Shown: positions 54,096-64,000 of the stretch, in pieces
Layout: every line of letters starts with the position of its first letter
Position numbering within the stretch: the first letter of the stretch is position 1
Assembly: GCA_030141605.1 (NCBI GenBank)
Contig: JAQGDQ010000736.1
Coordinates: forward strand, 40,851-104,850
Length of the DNA: 64,000 nt
Source of the DNA: Tubiluchus corallicola
Lineage: Eukaryota > Animalia > Priapulida
Direction of reading: 5' to 3'
Program-made: the position numbers and the translations under genes
Notes under the pieces: generated by a model
Told to the model about the DNA's origin: nothing
What the model saw: only the letters and a program-made list of their open reading frames with translations
Databases searched by the model: none

Positions 54096-57000
54096 AAACA
54101 GTTTTGTACTAAAGGACTGCACACCTCCATACGAAGCAGCTTAGAGCATGCGCAGTTTTGCGTATGGAAACGATAAAAACAGTTTTGCACTAAAGGACTG
54201 CACACTTCTATACGAAGCAGCCTAGAGCATGCGCAGTTTTGCGCATGGAAAAGATTAAAAACAGTTTTGTACTAAAGGACTGCACACTTCCATACGAAGT
54301 AGTCTAGAGCATGCGCAGTTTTGCTCATGGAAAAGATTAAAAACAGTTTTGTACTAAAGGACTGCACACTTCCATACGAAGTAGTCTAGAGCATGCGCAG
54401 TTTTGCGTATGGAAAAGATAAAAACAGTTTGGTACTGAAGGACTGCAAACTTCCGTACGAAGGAGCTTAGAGCATGCGCAGTTTTGCGTATGGAAAAGAT
54501 AAAAACAGTTTTGTACTAAAGGACTGCACACTTCCATACGAAGTAGTCTAGAGCATGCGCAGTTTTGCGTATGGAAAAGGTAAAAAACAGTTTGGTACTA
54601 AAGGACTGCACACTTCTATACGAAGCAGCCTAGAGCATGCGCAGTTTTGCGCATGGAAAAGATTAAAAACAGTTTTGTACTAAAGGACTGCACACTTCCA
54701 TACGAAGCAGCTTAGAGCATGCGCAGTTTTGCACATGGAAAAGATAAAAAACAGTTTTGTACTAAAGGACTGCACACTTCCATACGAAGCAGCTTAGAGC
54801 ATGCGCAGTTTTGCACATGGAAAAGATTTAAAACAGTTTTGTACTAAAGGACTACACACTTCCATACGAAGCAGCTTAGAGCATGCACAGTTTTGCCCAT
54901 GGAAAAGATTAAAAACAGTTTTGTACTAAAGGACTGCACACTTCTATACGAAGCAGCTTAGAGCATGCGCAGTTTTGCGCATGGAAAAGATAAAAAACAG
55001 TTTGGTACTAAAGGACTGCACACTTCTATACGAAGCAGCCTAGAGCATGCGCAGTTTTGCGCATGGAAAAGATTAAAAACAGTTTTGTACTAAAGGACTG
55101 CACACTTCCATACGAAGCAGCTTAGAGCATGCACAGTTTTGCCCATGGAAAAGATTAAAAACAGTTTTGTACTAAAGGACTGCACACTTCTATACGAAGC
55201 AGCTTAGAGCATGTGCAGTTTTGCGATGGAAAAGATTAAAAACAGTTTTGCACTAAAGGACTGCAAACTTCCATACGAAGCAGCTTAGAGCATGCGCAGT
55301 TTTGCGCATGGAAAAGATTAAAAACAGTTTTGTACTAAAGGACTGCACACTTCTATACGAAGCAGTCTAGAGCATGCGCAGTTTTGCGCATGGAAAAGAT
55401 TAAAAACAGTTTTGTACTAAAGGACTGCACACTTCTATACGAAGCAGCCTAGAGCATGCGCAGTTTTGCGCATGGAAAAGATTAAAAACAGTTTTGTACT
55501 AAAGGACTGCACACTTCCATACGAAGCAGCTTAGAGCATGCACAGTTTTGCCCATGGAAAAGATTAAAAACAGTTTTGTACTAAAGGACTGCACACTTCT
55601 ATACGAAGCAGTCTAGAGCATGCGCAGTTTTGCGCATGGAAAAGATTAAAAACAGTTTTGTACTAAAGGACTGCACACTTCTATACGAAGCAGCCTAGAG
55701 CATGCGCAGTTTTGCGCATGGAAAAGATTAAAAACAGTTTTGTACTAAAGGACTGCACACTTCCATACGAAGCAGCTTAGAGCATGCACAGTTTTGCCCA
55801 TGGAAAAGATTAAAAACAGTTTTGTACTAAAGGACTGCACACTTCTATACGAAGCAGCTTAGAGCATGTGCAGTTTTGCGATGGAAAAGATTAAAAACAG
55901 TTTTGTACTAAAGGACTGCAAACTTCCATACGAAGCAGCTTAGAGCATGCGCAGTTTTGCGCATGGAAAAGATTTAAAACAGTTTTGTACTAAAGGACTG
56001 CACACTTCCATACGAAGTAGTCTAGAGCATGCGCAGTTTTGCTCATGGAAAAGATTAAAAACAGTTTTGTACTAAAGGACTGCACACTTCCATACGAAGT
56101 AGTCTAGAGCATGCGCAGTTTTGCGTATGGAAAAGATAAAAACAGTTTGGTACTGAAGGACTGCAAACTTCCGTACGAAGGAGCTTAGAGCATGCGCAGT
56201 TTTGCGTATGGAAAAGATAAAAACAGTTTTGTACTAAAGGACTGCACACTTCCATACGAAGTAGTCTAGAGCATGCGCAGTTTTGCGTATGGAAAAGATA
56301 AAAAACAGTTTGGTACTAAAGGACTGCACACTTCTATACGAAGCAGCCTAGAGCATACACAGTTTTGCGCATGGAAAAGATTAAAAACAGTTTTGTACTA
56401 AAGGACTGCACACTTCCATACGAAGCAGCTTAGAGCATGCGCAGTTTTGCACATGGACAAGATAAAAAACAGTTTTGTACTAAAGGACTGCACACTTCCA
56501 TACGAAGCAGCTTAGAGCATGCGCAGTTTTGCACATGGAAAAGATTTAAAACAGTTTTGTACTAAAGGACTACACACTTCCATACGAAGCAGCTTAGAGC
56601 ATGCACAGTTTTGCCCATGGAAAAGATTAAAAACAGTTTTGTACTAAAGGACTGCACACTTCTATACGAAGCAGCTTAGAGCATGCGCAGTTTTGCCCAT
56701 GGAAAAGATAAAAAACAGTTTTGTACTAAAGGACTGCACACTTCCATACGAAGCAGCCTAGAGCATGCGCAGTTTTGCGCATGGAAAAGATTAAAAACAG
56801 TTTTGTACTAAAGGACTGCACACTTCCATACGAAGCAGCTTAGAGCATGCACAGTTTTGCCCATGGAAAAGATTAAAAACAGTTTTGTACTAAAGGACTG
56901 CACACTTCTATACGAAGCAGCTTAGAGCATGTGCAGTTTTGCGATGGAAAAGATTAAAAACAGTTTTGTACTAAAGGACTGCAAACTTCCATACGAAGCA

Positions 57001-58001
57001 GCTTAGAGCATGCGCAGTTTTGCGCATGGAAAAGATTAAAAACAGTTTTGTACTAAAGGACTGCACACTTCTATACGAAGCAGTCTAGAGCATGCGCAGT
57101 TTTGCGTATGGAAAATATTAAAAACAGTTTTGTACTAATGGACTGCAAACTTCCATACGAAGCAGCCTAGAGCATGCGCAGTTTTGCGTATGGAAAATAT
57201 TAAAAACAGTTTTGTACTAAAGGACTGCACACTTCCATACGAAGCAGCCTAGAGCATGCGCAGTTTTGCACATGGAAAAGACAAAAAACAGTTTTGTACT
57301 AAAGGACTGCACACTTCCATATGAAGCAGCCTAGAGCATGCGCAGTTTTGCGCATGGAAAATATTAAAAACAGTTTTGCACTAAAGGACTGCACACTTCT
57401 ATACGAAGCAGCCTAGAGCATGCGCAGTTTGTGCATGGAAAAGATTAAAAACAGTTTTGCACTAAAGGACTGCACACTTCTATACGAAGCAGCCTAGAGC
57501 ATGCGCAGTTTGTGCATGGAAAAGATTAAAAACAGTTTTGTACTAAAGGACTGCACACTTCCATACGAAGTAGTCTAGAGCATGCGCAGTTTTGCACATG
57601 GAAAAGATAAAAAACAGTTTTGTACTAAAGGACTGCACACTTCCATACGAAGCAGCTTAGAGCATGCGCAGTTTTGCACATGGAAAAGATTAAAAACAGT
57701 TTTGTACTAAAGGACTGCACACTTCCATACGAAGCAGCTTAGAGCATGCACAGTTTTGCCCATGGAAAAGATTAAAAACAGTTTTGTACTAAAGGACTGC
57801 ACACTTCTATACGAGGCAGCTTAGAGCATGCGCAGTTCTGCGCATGGAAAAGATAAAAAACAGTTTGGTACTAAAGGACTGCACACTTCTATACGAAGCA
57901 GCCTAGAGCATGCGCAGTTTTGCGCATGGAAAAGATTAAAAACAGTTTTGTACTAAAGGACTGCACACTTTTATACGAAGCAGCTTAGAGCATGCGCAGT
58001 T
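54096..58001. repeat. 82-bp satellite, about 47 copies, in the last intron of the ZP-N/EB gene
   Basis: Unit AAAACAGTTTTGTACTAAAGGACTGCACACTTCCATACGAAGCAGCTTAGAGCATGCGCAGTTTTGCGCATGGAAAAGATTA; 82-bp spacing checked at several copies. Confidence 0.97.
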
Positions 58002-58167
58002 CCAGCCGAATTTGAAGATGAACTACTGACAAGTGATTTAAAAAAGTAATATATATTGTCGTGTCGCAAAAGTACTTCCTTTTTCACTTACCTAAACATC
58101 AGTTACGTAACTTGCATAGATGACTATATTGTACTTCATTTTAAGTTTTAACCAAAAACATTTATAC

Positions 58168-58272
58168 CTGCAATGAAGCATACTGGGATACCGTCTTTGA
58201 GACATGTGGATACTTCTGCCCCCTGTCGTCGGCAATCCTCATCATCAATGCAAGGATCCCAGATTCTAGGAA
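58168..58272 (-). CDS. 4-Cys EB-like module exon (V-PRIWDPCIDDEDCRRQGAEVSTCLKDGIPVCFIA-G)
   Basis: ttttaaag acceptor, CAG|GTATAA donor, 105 nt, phase 1-1; C-x5-C start like the neighbouring modules. Confidence 0.78.
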
Positions 58273-58513
58273 CTTTAAAAGTATTCAAAAGTACTTTTAA
58301 AAGTTTAAAAGTAACAGTGTGCACTAATTTTACAGACGTTACTAAGACATTCAAGAGAAATAAAGCTAATGGCTGTGTTAGTTACGAGAAAAAACGCTTT
58401 TTAAAGGATAATTAACATTTTATGTCCTAAATCAAAGAACTTAGCATTAAGAAAAGAAAACGGTGGTGTAAAAAGTAAATATAATAAATAAATACAATTG
58501 TATAACTGTTTAC

Positions 58514-58651
58514 CTTTCATGCAGTGACCAGCTATGTGTCCAAAGCTTCTTCCTGTGTCACATACGCATATCTTCTTACCATAAGTTAGTTTACATAAAG
58601 CATTTTTTGGACATTGGTGATCCAATATACACTGCTCCCCGATTGATGCTC
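58514..58651 (-). CDS. EB/EGF-like 6-Cys module exon (ASIGEQCILDHQCPKNALCKLTYGKKICVCDTGRSFGHIAGHCMK)
   Basis: ttttatttag acceptor, AAG|GTAAAC donor, 138 nt, phase 1-1; C-x5-C-x5-C-x8-C-x-C-x12-C. Confidence 0.85.
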
Positions 58652-58659
58652 CTAAATAA

Positions 58660-59002
58660 AAGCAACAACATCAACAAAAGCAGCAGCAGCAACAACAACA
58701 AAAACAACAACAACAGCAACAACAACAACAACCGCAGCAGCAGCAACAACGACAATAAAAACAGCAGCAACAACAACAACAGCAACAACAACAACAACAG
58801 CAACAACAACAACAACAACAACAACAACAGCAACAACAACAACAACAGCAGCAGCAACAACGACAATAAAAACAGCAGCAACAACAACAACAACAACAAC
58901 AGCAGCAGCAAAAACACAAACAACAACAACAACAAACAAACAATAACAACAACAAACAAACAAACAACAACAGCAACAACAAACAAACAACAACAACAAC
59001 AA
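58660..59002. repeat. (CAA/CAG)n trinucleotide tract abutting the acceptor of exon 58514-58651
   Basis: Direct reading. Confidence 0.95.
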
Positions 59003-59230
59003 ATAGTGCACTGTTTTGTATTGTTTAAAACAAGACTATCTCATGAAAACAGATGCACTTTCGTTGATTTGAAATTTGGAAGATGTTCAACTTGGTAAAT
59101 ATTATGACATTTTTAAACTGAGTGGCCAAAATTAGCAAAAGTATTAAAAAAACAAAATTGTTTTGAAACTGTTGACCAGAACAAGCAAAAAGTGCAGCAG
59201 GTTACGACATGAACTCATCCAGTTTCAATT

Positions 59231-59852
59231 ACTGTATCAAAACTTTGACTTAACTTACTAGACTGTACCAAAACTTTGACTTAACTTACTAGACTGTACC
59301 AAAACTTTGACTTAACTTACTAGACTGTACCAAAACTTTGACTTAACTTACTAGACTGTACCAAAACTTTGGCTTAACTTACTAGACTGTACCAAAACTT
59401 TGGCTTAACTTACTAGACTGTACCAAAACTTTGGCTTAACTTACTAGACTGTACCAAAACTTTGACTTAACTTACTAGACTGTACCAAAACTTTGACTTA
59501 ACTTACTAGACTGTACCAAAACTTTGACTTAACTTACTAGACTGTACCAAAACTTTGACTTAACTTACTAGATTGTACCAAAACTTTCGCTTATCTTACT
59601 AGACTGTACCAAACCTTTGGCTTAACTTACTAGACTGTACCAAAACTTTGACTTAACTTACTAGACTGTACCAAAGTTTTGGCTTAACTCACTAGACTGT
59701 ACCAAAGTTTTGGCTTAACTCACTAGACTGTACCAAACCTTTGGCTTCACTTACTAGACTGTACCAAAACTTTGGCTTAACTTACTAGACTGTACCAAAA
59801 CTTTGGCTTAACTTACTAGACTGTACCAAAACTTTGGCTTCACTTACTAGAC
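59231..59852. repeat. 31-bp minisatellite, about 20 copies
   Basis: Unit GACTGTACCAAAACTTTGACTTAACTTACTA. Confidence 0.97.
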
Positions 59853-59912
59853 AGGTGAGTAGCAAGCTTCTTAAAACTCTGGCAGGCAATATTATCAGCG
59901 ACACCTGGTGAC
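59848..59912 (-). CDS. Linker exon of the ZP-N/EB gene (M-SPGVADNIACQSFKKLATHLS-R)
   Basis: tatttcag acceptor, GTAAGT donor, 65 nt, phase 2 to phase 1, exactly bridging the flanking exons. Confidence 0.7.
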
Positions 59913-60344
59913 CTGAAATAGAGTTAAAATAGTAAGTAGGAATTTATAAATCCGTGAATGAAAGTTTAGGTCTCTAGACTACACAAAAATACTGATGTTG
60001 TTGAATTTTGAATTTTTAGATTAGAAAACTATAAGTTCTTATTCACTAAAGGTCTTTTCACATTACTTCACGTATTTACACGGCTTAGTGTGAAGGCAAA
60101 TTTTACACCACTCTATCTTAAAATAATTTCACAAGGCTTCATGTTTGAAAAACTTCGTCTAATATTGATTCTATTCTTTTGTTTAAAGTTACACACTTAT
60201 GCTTATAGTCAAATAGTTTCAATTCAATGCAACTCAAGTTTCTTTTACACAAACAAAGTCGGGTATCATAGTAAAAAGTTTCACAGAGCATCTATACTGA
60301 ATTCCACCTTTCTATCTTCCTATCTATCTAACCAACCACACACG

Positions 60345-60770
60345 CATCCACCCACCCGTCCATCCATCCATCCATCCATCCATCCATCCATCCATCCATC
60401 CATCCATCCATCCATCCATCCATCCATCCATCCATCCATCCATCCATCCATCCATCCATCCATCCATCCATCCATCCATCCATCCATCCATCCATCCATC
60501 CATCCACCCATCCGTCCATCCACCCACCCATCCGTCCATCTATCCATCCGTCCGTCCGTCCGTCCGTCCGTCCGTCCGTCCGTCCGTCCGTCCGTCCGTC
60601 CATCCGTCCATCCACCCACCCATCCGTCCATCTATCCATCCGTCCGTCCGTCTGTCCGTCCGTCCGTCCATCCGTCCGTCCGTCGTCCGTCCATCCGTCC
60701 GTCCATCCGTCCATCCATCCGTCCATCCATCAATCCATCCGTCCGTCCATCCATCCATCCATCCATCCAT
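60345..60770. repeat. (CCAT)n/(CCGT)n microsatellite
   Basis: Direct reading. Confidence 0.97.
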
Positions 60771-60929
60771 CTATCTGATTCTAGCTGGCTTTAGGTCGTC
60801 ACATCACACGTTTCAAACCATTTCTGATGCTAATTACTCCACACAGATCACGTGGCTTGGTTCAATTTATTTATGTACTTTGAAACATTACGTAAGTGAA
60901 ATTAAAGTACTTTAAGAAATACAACTTAA

Positions 60930-61547
60930 AGCAAAACCGGACCCAATCTTAAACTGACGTCAAAATAGTCTACTCTTTGAAATATTGAAAGGAGACATAC
61001 TATTTTTTCAACAATGACTCACGTGAAAGAATTATTATCACACACGCACAATTTCACGTTCGCGCCACCAGTTCTTCGCTGTTACATGCATTTCACCATT
61101 TGCTAGTTAGACGGGCACTAGCGCCTGCATTTCAGAAACGCGTTGCACAAAAATACAGGTGCTGTACCTCTAAGTTCAGATGCGTTAGTTAGTCACGAAT
61201 TACACACGTTCGACAGTTCACAATTGAGCACAGTGGTAAATTTGAAATGTGAATTTTTATTTTAAAACTTGCCTAGTTTTAGTACAACACACTGAATATC
61301 TTACAGTAGCACTGTACTTCAATTTTCGTTTTCGCAAACACGTACAACACGCTCATGGAATGTTTTTGATGTAGAAAATTATGTTAGTTTGTGATGTCAT
61401 CAATACTTGGGCTCAACCGCCATTAATTAAGCTTTTAATCTATTATTTGCTTATCAGAAACGCTTTTCCAGTATTAATTGTGTTAAAATATATACTTTTT
61501 TCGTACTTGAAAATTGGGTAGTATATGAAAAATCATTCTGTCTTCCT
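60930..61547 (-). mobile_element. Kolobok-like MITE, intact copy D (618 bp)
   Basis: TTAA on both sides (60926-60929, 61548-61551); AG...CT termini with imperfect short TIRs; homologous to copies at 26900, 33503 and 33932. Confidence 0.82.
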
Positions 61548-61650
61548 TTAATTTAAGTAAAAAATGAAATGAAACAAACTTTGACTAAAGACTAGTAAAG
61601 CCGTATTGACACACTGTTTGTTATAGTCGCTATGTTTTCCGAACTCTTAC

Positions 61651-61811
61651 ATTATTATCCGATTATATTCTTCATCAGTCACAGCACAAGTTACCACATA
61701 ACGTCTACTGAAGATGCTGCCATCTATCGCTTCTGCCTTCAAGTAAATGTGATTTTGGTAAACATTGTAGTAGTTGTGTGTCAGAGCTAAACTGTGCGGC
61801 TCAATCACAAC
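61651..61811 (-). CDS. ZP-N-like domain, second-half exon (VVIEPHSLALTHNYYNVYQNHIYLKAEAIDGSIFSRRYVVTCAVTDEEYNRII-M)
   Basis: ctcgtttatag acceptor, 161 nt open, phase 0 to phase 2, GTAAGA donor; Y.N.I...RY.VTC resembles the last ZP-N strands. Confidence 0.78.
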
Positions 61812-61868
61812 CTATAAACGAGAGAACGTTTTCTTGAACAAGATGTTGACAACAATATTTTGTTTTCT

Positions 61869-62173
<305 letters not shown>

Positions 62174-62225
62174 TACTATTAAATAATAAGTGAGAGAAAT
62201 GATATCAAGTTCATTTGCTTTAAAG

Positions 62226-62407
62226 GTGTAAAGTCTACTTGTAATATAATGTGTCAGACGATAGATGTCGTAATCACGTTGAATTATTGGATTAAATCAG
62301 CGTCACTCCACACACAACAACGTGGATGCTCAACATGGATCGACGATCCGAAAGCATTGGGATTTTTTGCTGTTCCGTTTCACAAATGTGGAACAACCGA
62401 AAAAACA
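62226..62407 (+). CDS. ZP-N-like domain, first-half exon (G-VKSTCNIMCQTIDVVIT...RGCSTW...FFAVPFHKCGTTEKT), opposite in orientation to the rest of the gene
   Basis: tttgctttaaag acceptor, 182 nt open (phase 1 to phase 0), perfect GTGAGT donor; V...C....I.V and F.VPF..CGT patterns typical of ZP-N. Confidence 0.8.
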
Positions 62408-63929
62408 GTGAGTTAATTTTTGTGCTAAACTTATGCAAAATTAGAGTTCAAAAATAGATTAAATTAAGAAATTCAGATTATAAACTATCGATATTTTTAT
62501 TATTTTAAATTTCTAAAGCTAATATATTTTGATTGTTTTTGTCGGACAAAACAAGTCTGAACAGAAATTTAAAGGAAGTGTTTAATTACGTGGGCATGCG
62601 TGCGTGCGTGCGCGTCCACCGATTGAGGCTTTACCTTCGTACGTAACGCATAACGCAGGTCACATAAACGGGTGCATTGAAAAACATATAAACCGATTTT
62701 ATCTATTGCGCATCCGCATAACGCATGCGCATTACGGATGCCAAGTAAACGTCGTTTAAAAGACAAGAAGAGGGCACCTGAAGTAGGTTTGAAAATTTTA
62801 AAAAAATATATTACTTTATAACAACTTTAGGCGTATGTCATAATCGCGTTGAAAGGAATTTTGTTTGTTTTCATTCTAAATTTCCCGCGACGCCATTACA
62901 TGACGTCACTACGCAAACATAAATCAGGGGAAGAAAAGGAAATGTTAAACTATGTCCCATTATTTAAGCCAATGGCCCATTATTTTTGATATTTAACGTT
63001 TTATCTAATACAAGACAAACTTTACAAATACAAAAACGCAGAGCCTTAAAGCCAATGGACTATTATTTTATATTTAACATTTTATCTAATACAAAACATA
63101 CTTTACAAATACAAAAACCAAGACATTTAAAATAACAATACATAAATACAAACCTTAATAGACGTCAATGCAAACAATTGGTTTTAATCAGTAATAAGCA
63201 CTGACTACACTCTGGCAATTTCGGTTGTTCAGTAAATCATTAGAATATGTTTCCATGGTAACCAACTATCTTCAACATTTTCTTCCCAAGATTGGCACCT
63301 GCATATTTCTCCATCTTATACGTCTATTTAGTACATCTCACTGCATGATTAAAATTCCGTGTTTGTGATTTGCTTCCAACTACACCAAATATAATAGTTT
63401 ACTACTAAAATGATCTTATTTACACATAAGAAATTTTTATACACAAACTTTCGAAAAATTACAACAGACTTATCAATTTCTGATGCATTGCTATTGTGCC
63501 TATTGGTTCATCCGATCCTGCTTGTTGACGCATGCGTAGACACGACAAGAGCGTGAGAGTTGCTTAACCTTAATTGTAACCTTGAATAATCACGCACCAC
63601 AAACTTTGTGTTTTCTCAAGGTCACGAGTATTTCGTGCAATTACTTGAACACAATGGTGTTATTAATGGTGTCATTTAGTAGGTACGTCATTTAACATGG
63701 CGGTCAACCGTAGAAAAGTTCCTTATTACTAATCGTTCTCTCTAATAAAAGTTAGAACATTAAATACGTCAACTATGTCTAATTGTACAGGCATTGCATT
63801 GACGTCATTTTGAGTTGCTCCATTGATTTATTATTTACATTATTCCTGTAGGTGATCTGAGACATAACAATGGTTCTTCAAATAACAATACAATTTAGGG
63901 CTACAAAATAATAATATAGCTAAAAGTCG

Positions 63930-63930
63930 T

Positions 63931-63995
<65 letters not shown>

Positions 63996-64000
63996 TCTCT
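63930..64000. repeat. (CT)n microsatellite running off the window end
   Basis: Direct reading; inverted relative to the (GA)n tract. Confidence 0.97.

Noticed and set aside
54096-58001. CRISPR-like array (hairpin-bearing repeats)
   Set aside because: No unique spacers, whole units repeat, no cas genes, and the context is a eukaryotic intron
58591-59098. Poly-Asn/Leu/Val/Cys ORFs
   Set aside because: Translations of an intronic (CAA/CAG)n tract
59851-59860. Plus-strand donor CAG|GTGAGT as partner for the 62226 exon
   Set aside because: The upstream sequence is minisatellite with no start or signal peptide, and the site lies within a phase-consistent minus-strand exon
60090-60794. 234-aa PSIH-repeat ORF and MDGW-repeat ORFs
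   Set aside because: Artefacts of the (CCAT)n/(CCGT)n microsatellite

Overview
AT-rich animal genomic DNA (probably an invertebrate; spliceosomal introns, no prokaryotic features), dense in transposon relics and satellites. Three genes can be read. (1) A complete 7-exon CRYL1 (lambda-crystallin / L-gulonate 3-dehydrogenase) gene on the minus strand, 45578->39203, 330 aa, with one GC-AG intron. (2) A Gly/Tyr/Arg-rich structural-protein exon on the plus strand (47913-48715), broken by three clustered frameshifts and lacking a clear first exon. (3) A gene largely missed by the ORF track, encoding a ZP-N-like domain plus three Cys-rich EB/EGF-like modules, with five phase-compatible minus-strand exons (61811->53495). 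The most striking observation is that the exon carrying the first half of this ZP-N domain lies on the opposite (plus) strand (62226-62407), inside a ~1.75 kb segment bracketed by a (GA)n and a (CT)n tract. This points to a flipped exon (real inversion, misassembly or trans-splicing). The window also holds a three-tier TE nest (Harbinger transposase relic > Kolobok-like MITE > deleted BEL/Pao LTR element), many MITEs (Kolobok-like, hAT, Tc1/mariner, Tc2-like), solo LTRs, LINE relics, 60-bp, 82-bp and 31-bp tandem arrays and long microsatellites. All calls were made by eye without database searches; relic boundaries are approximate.
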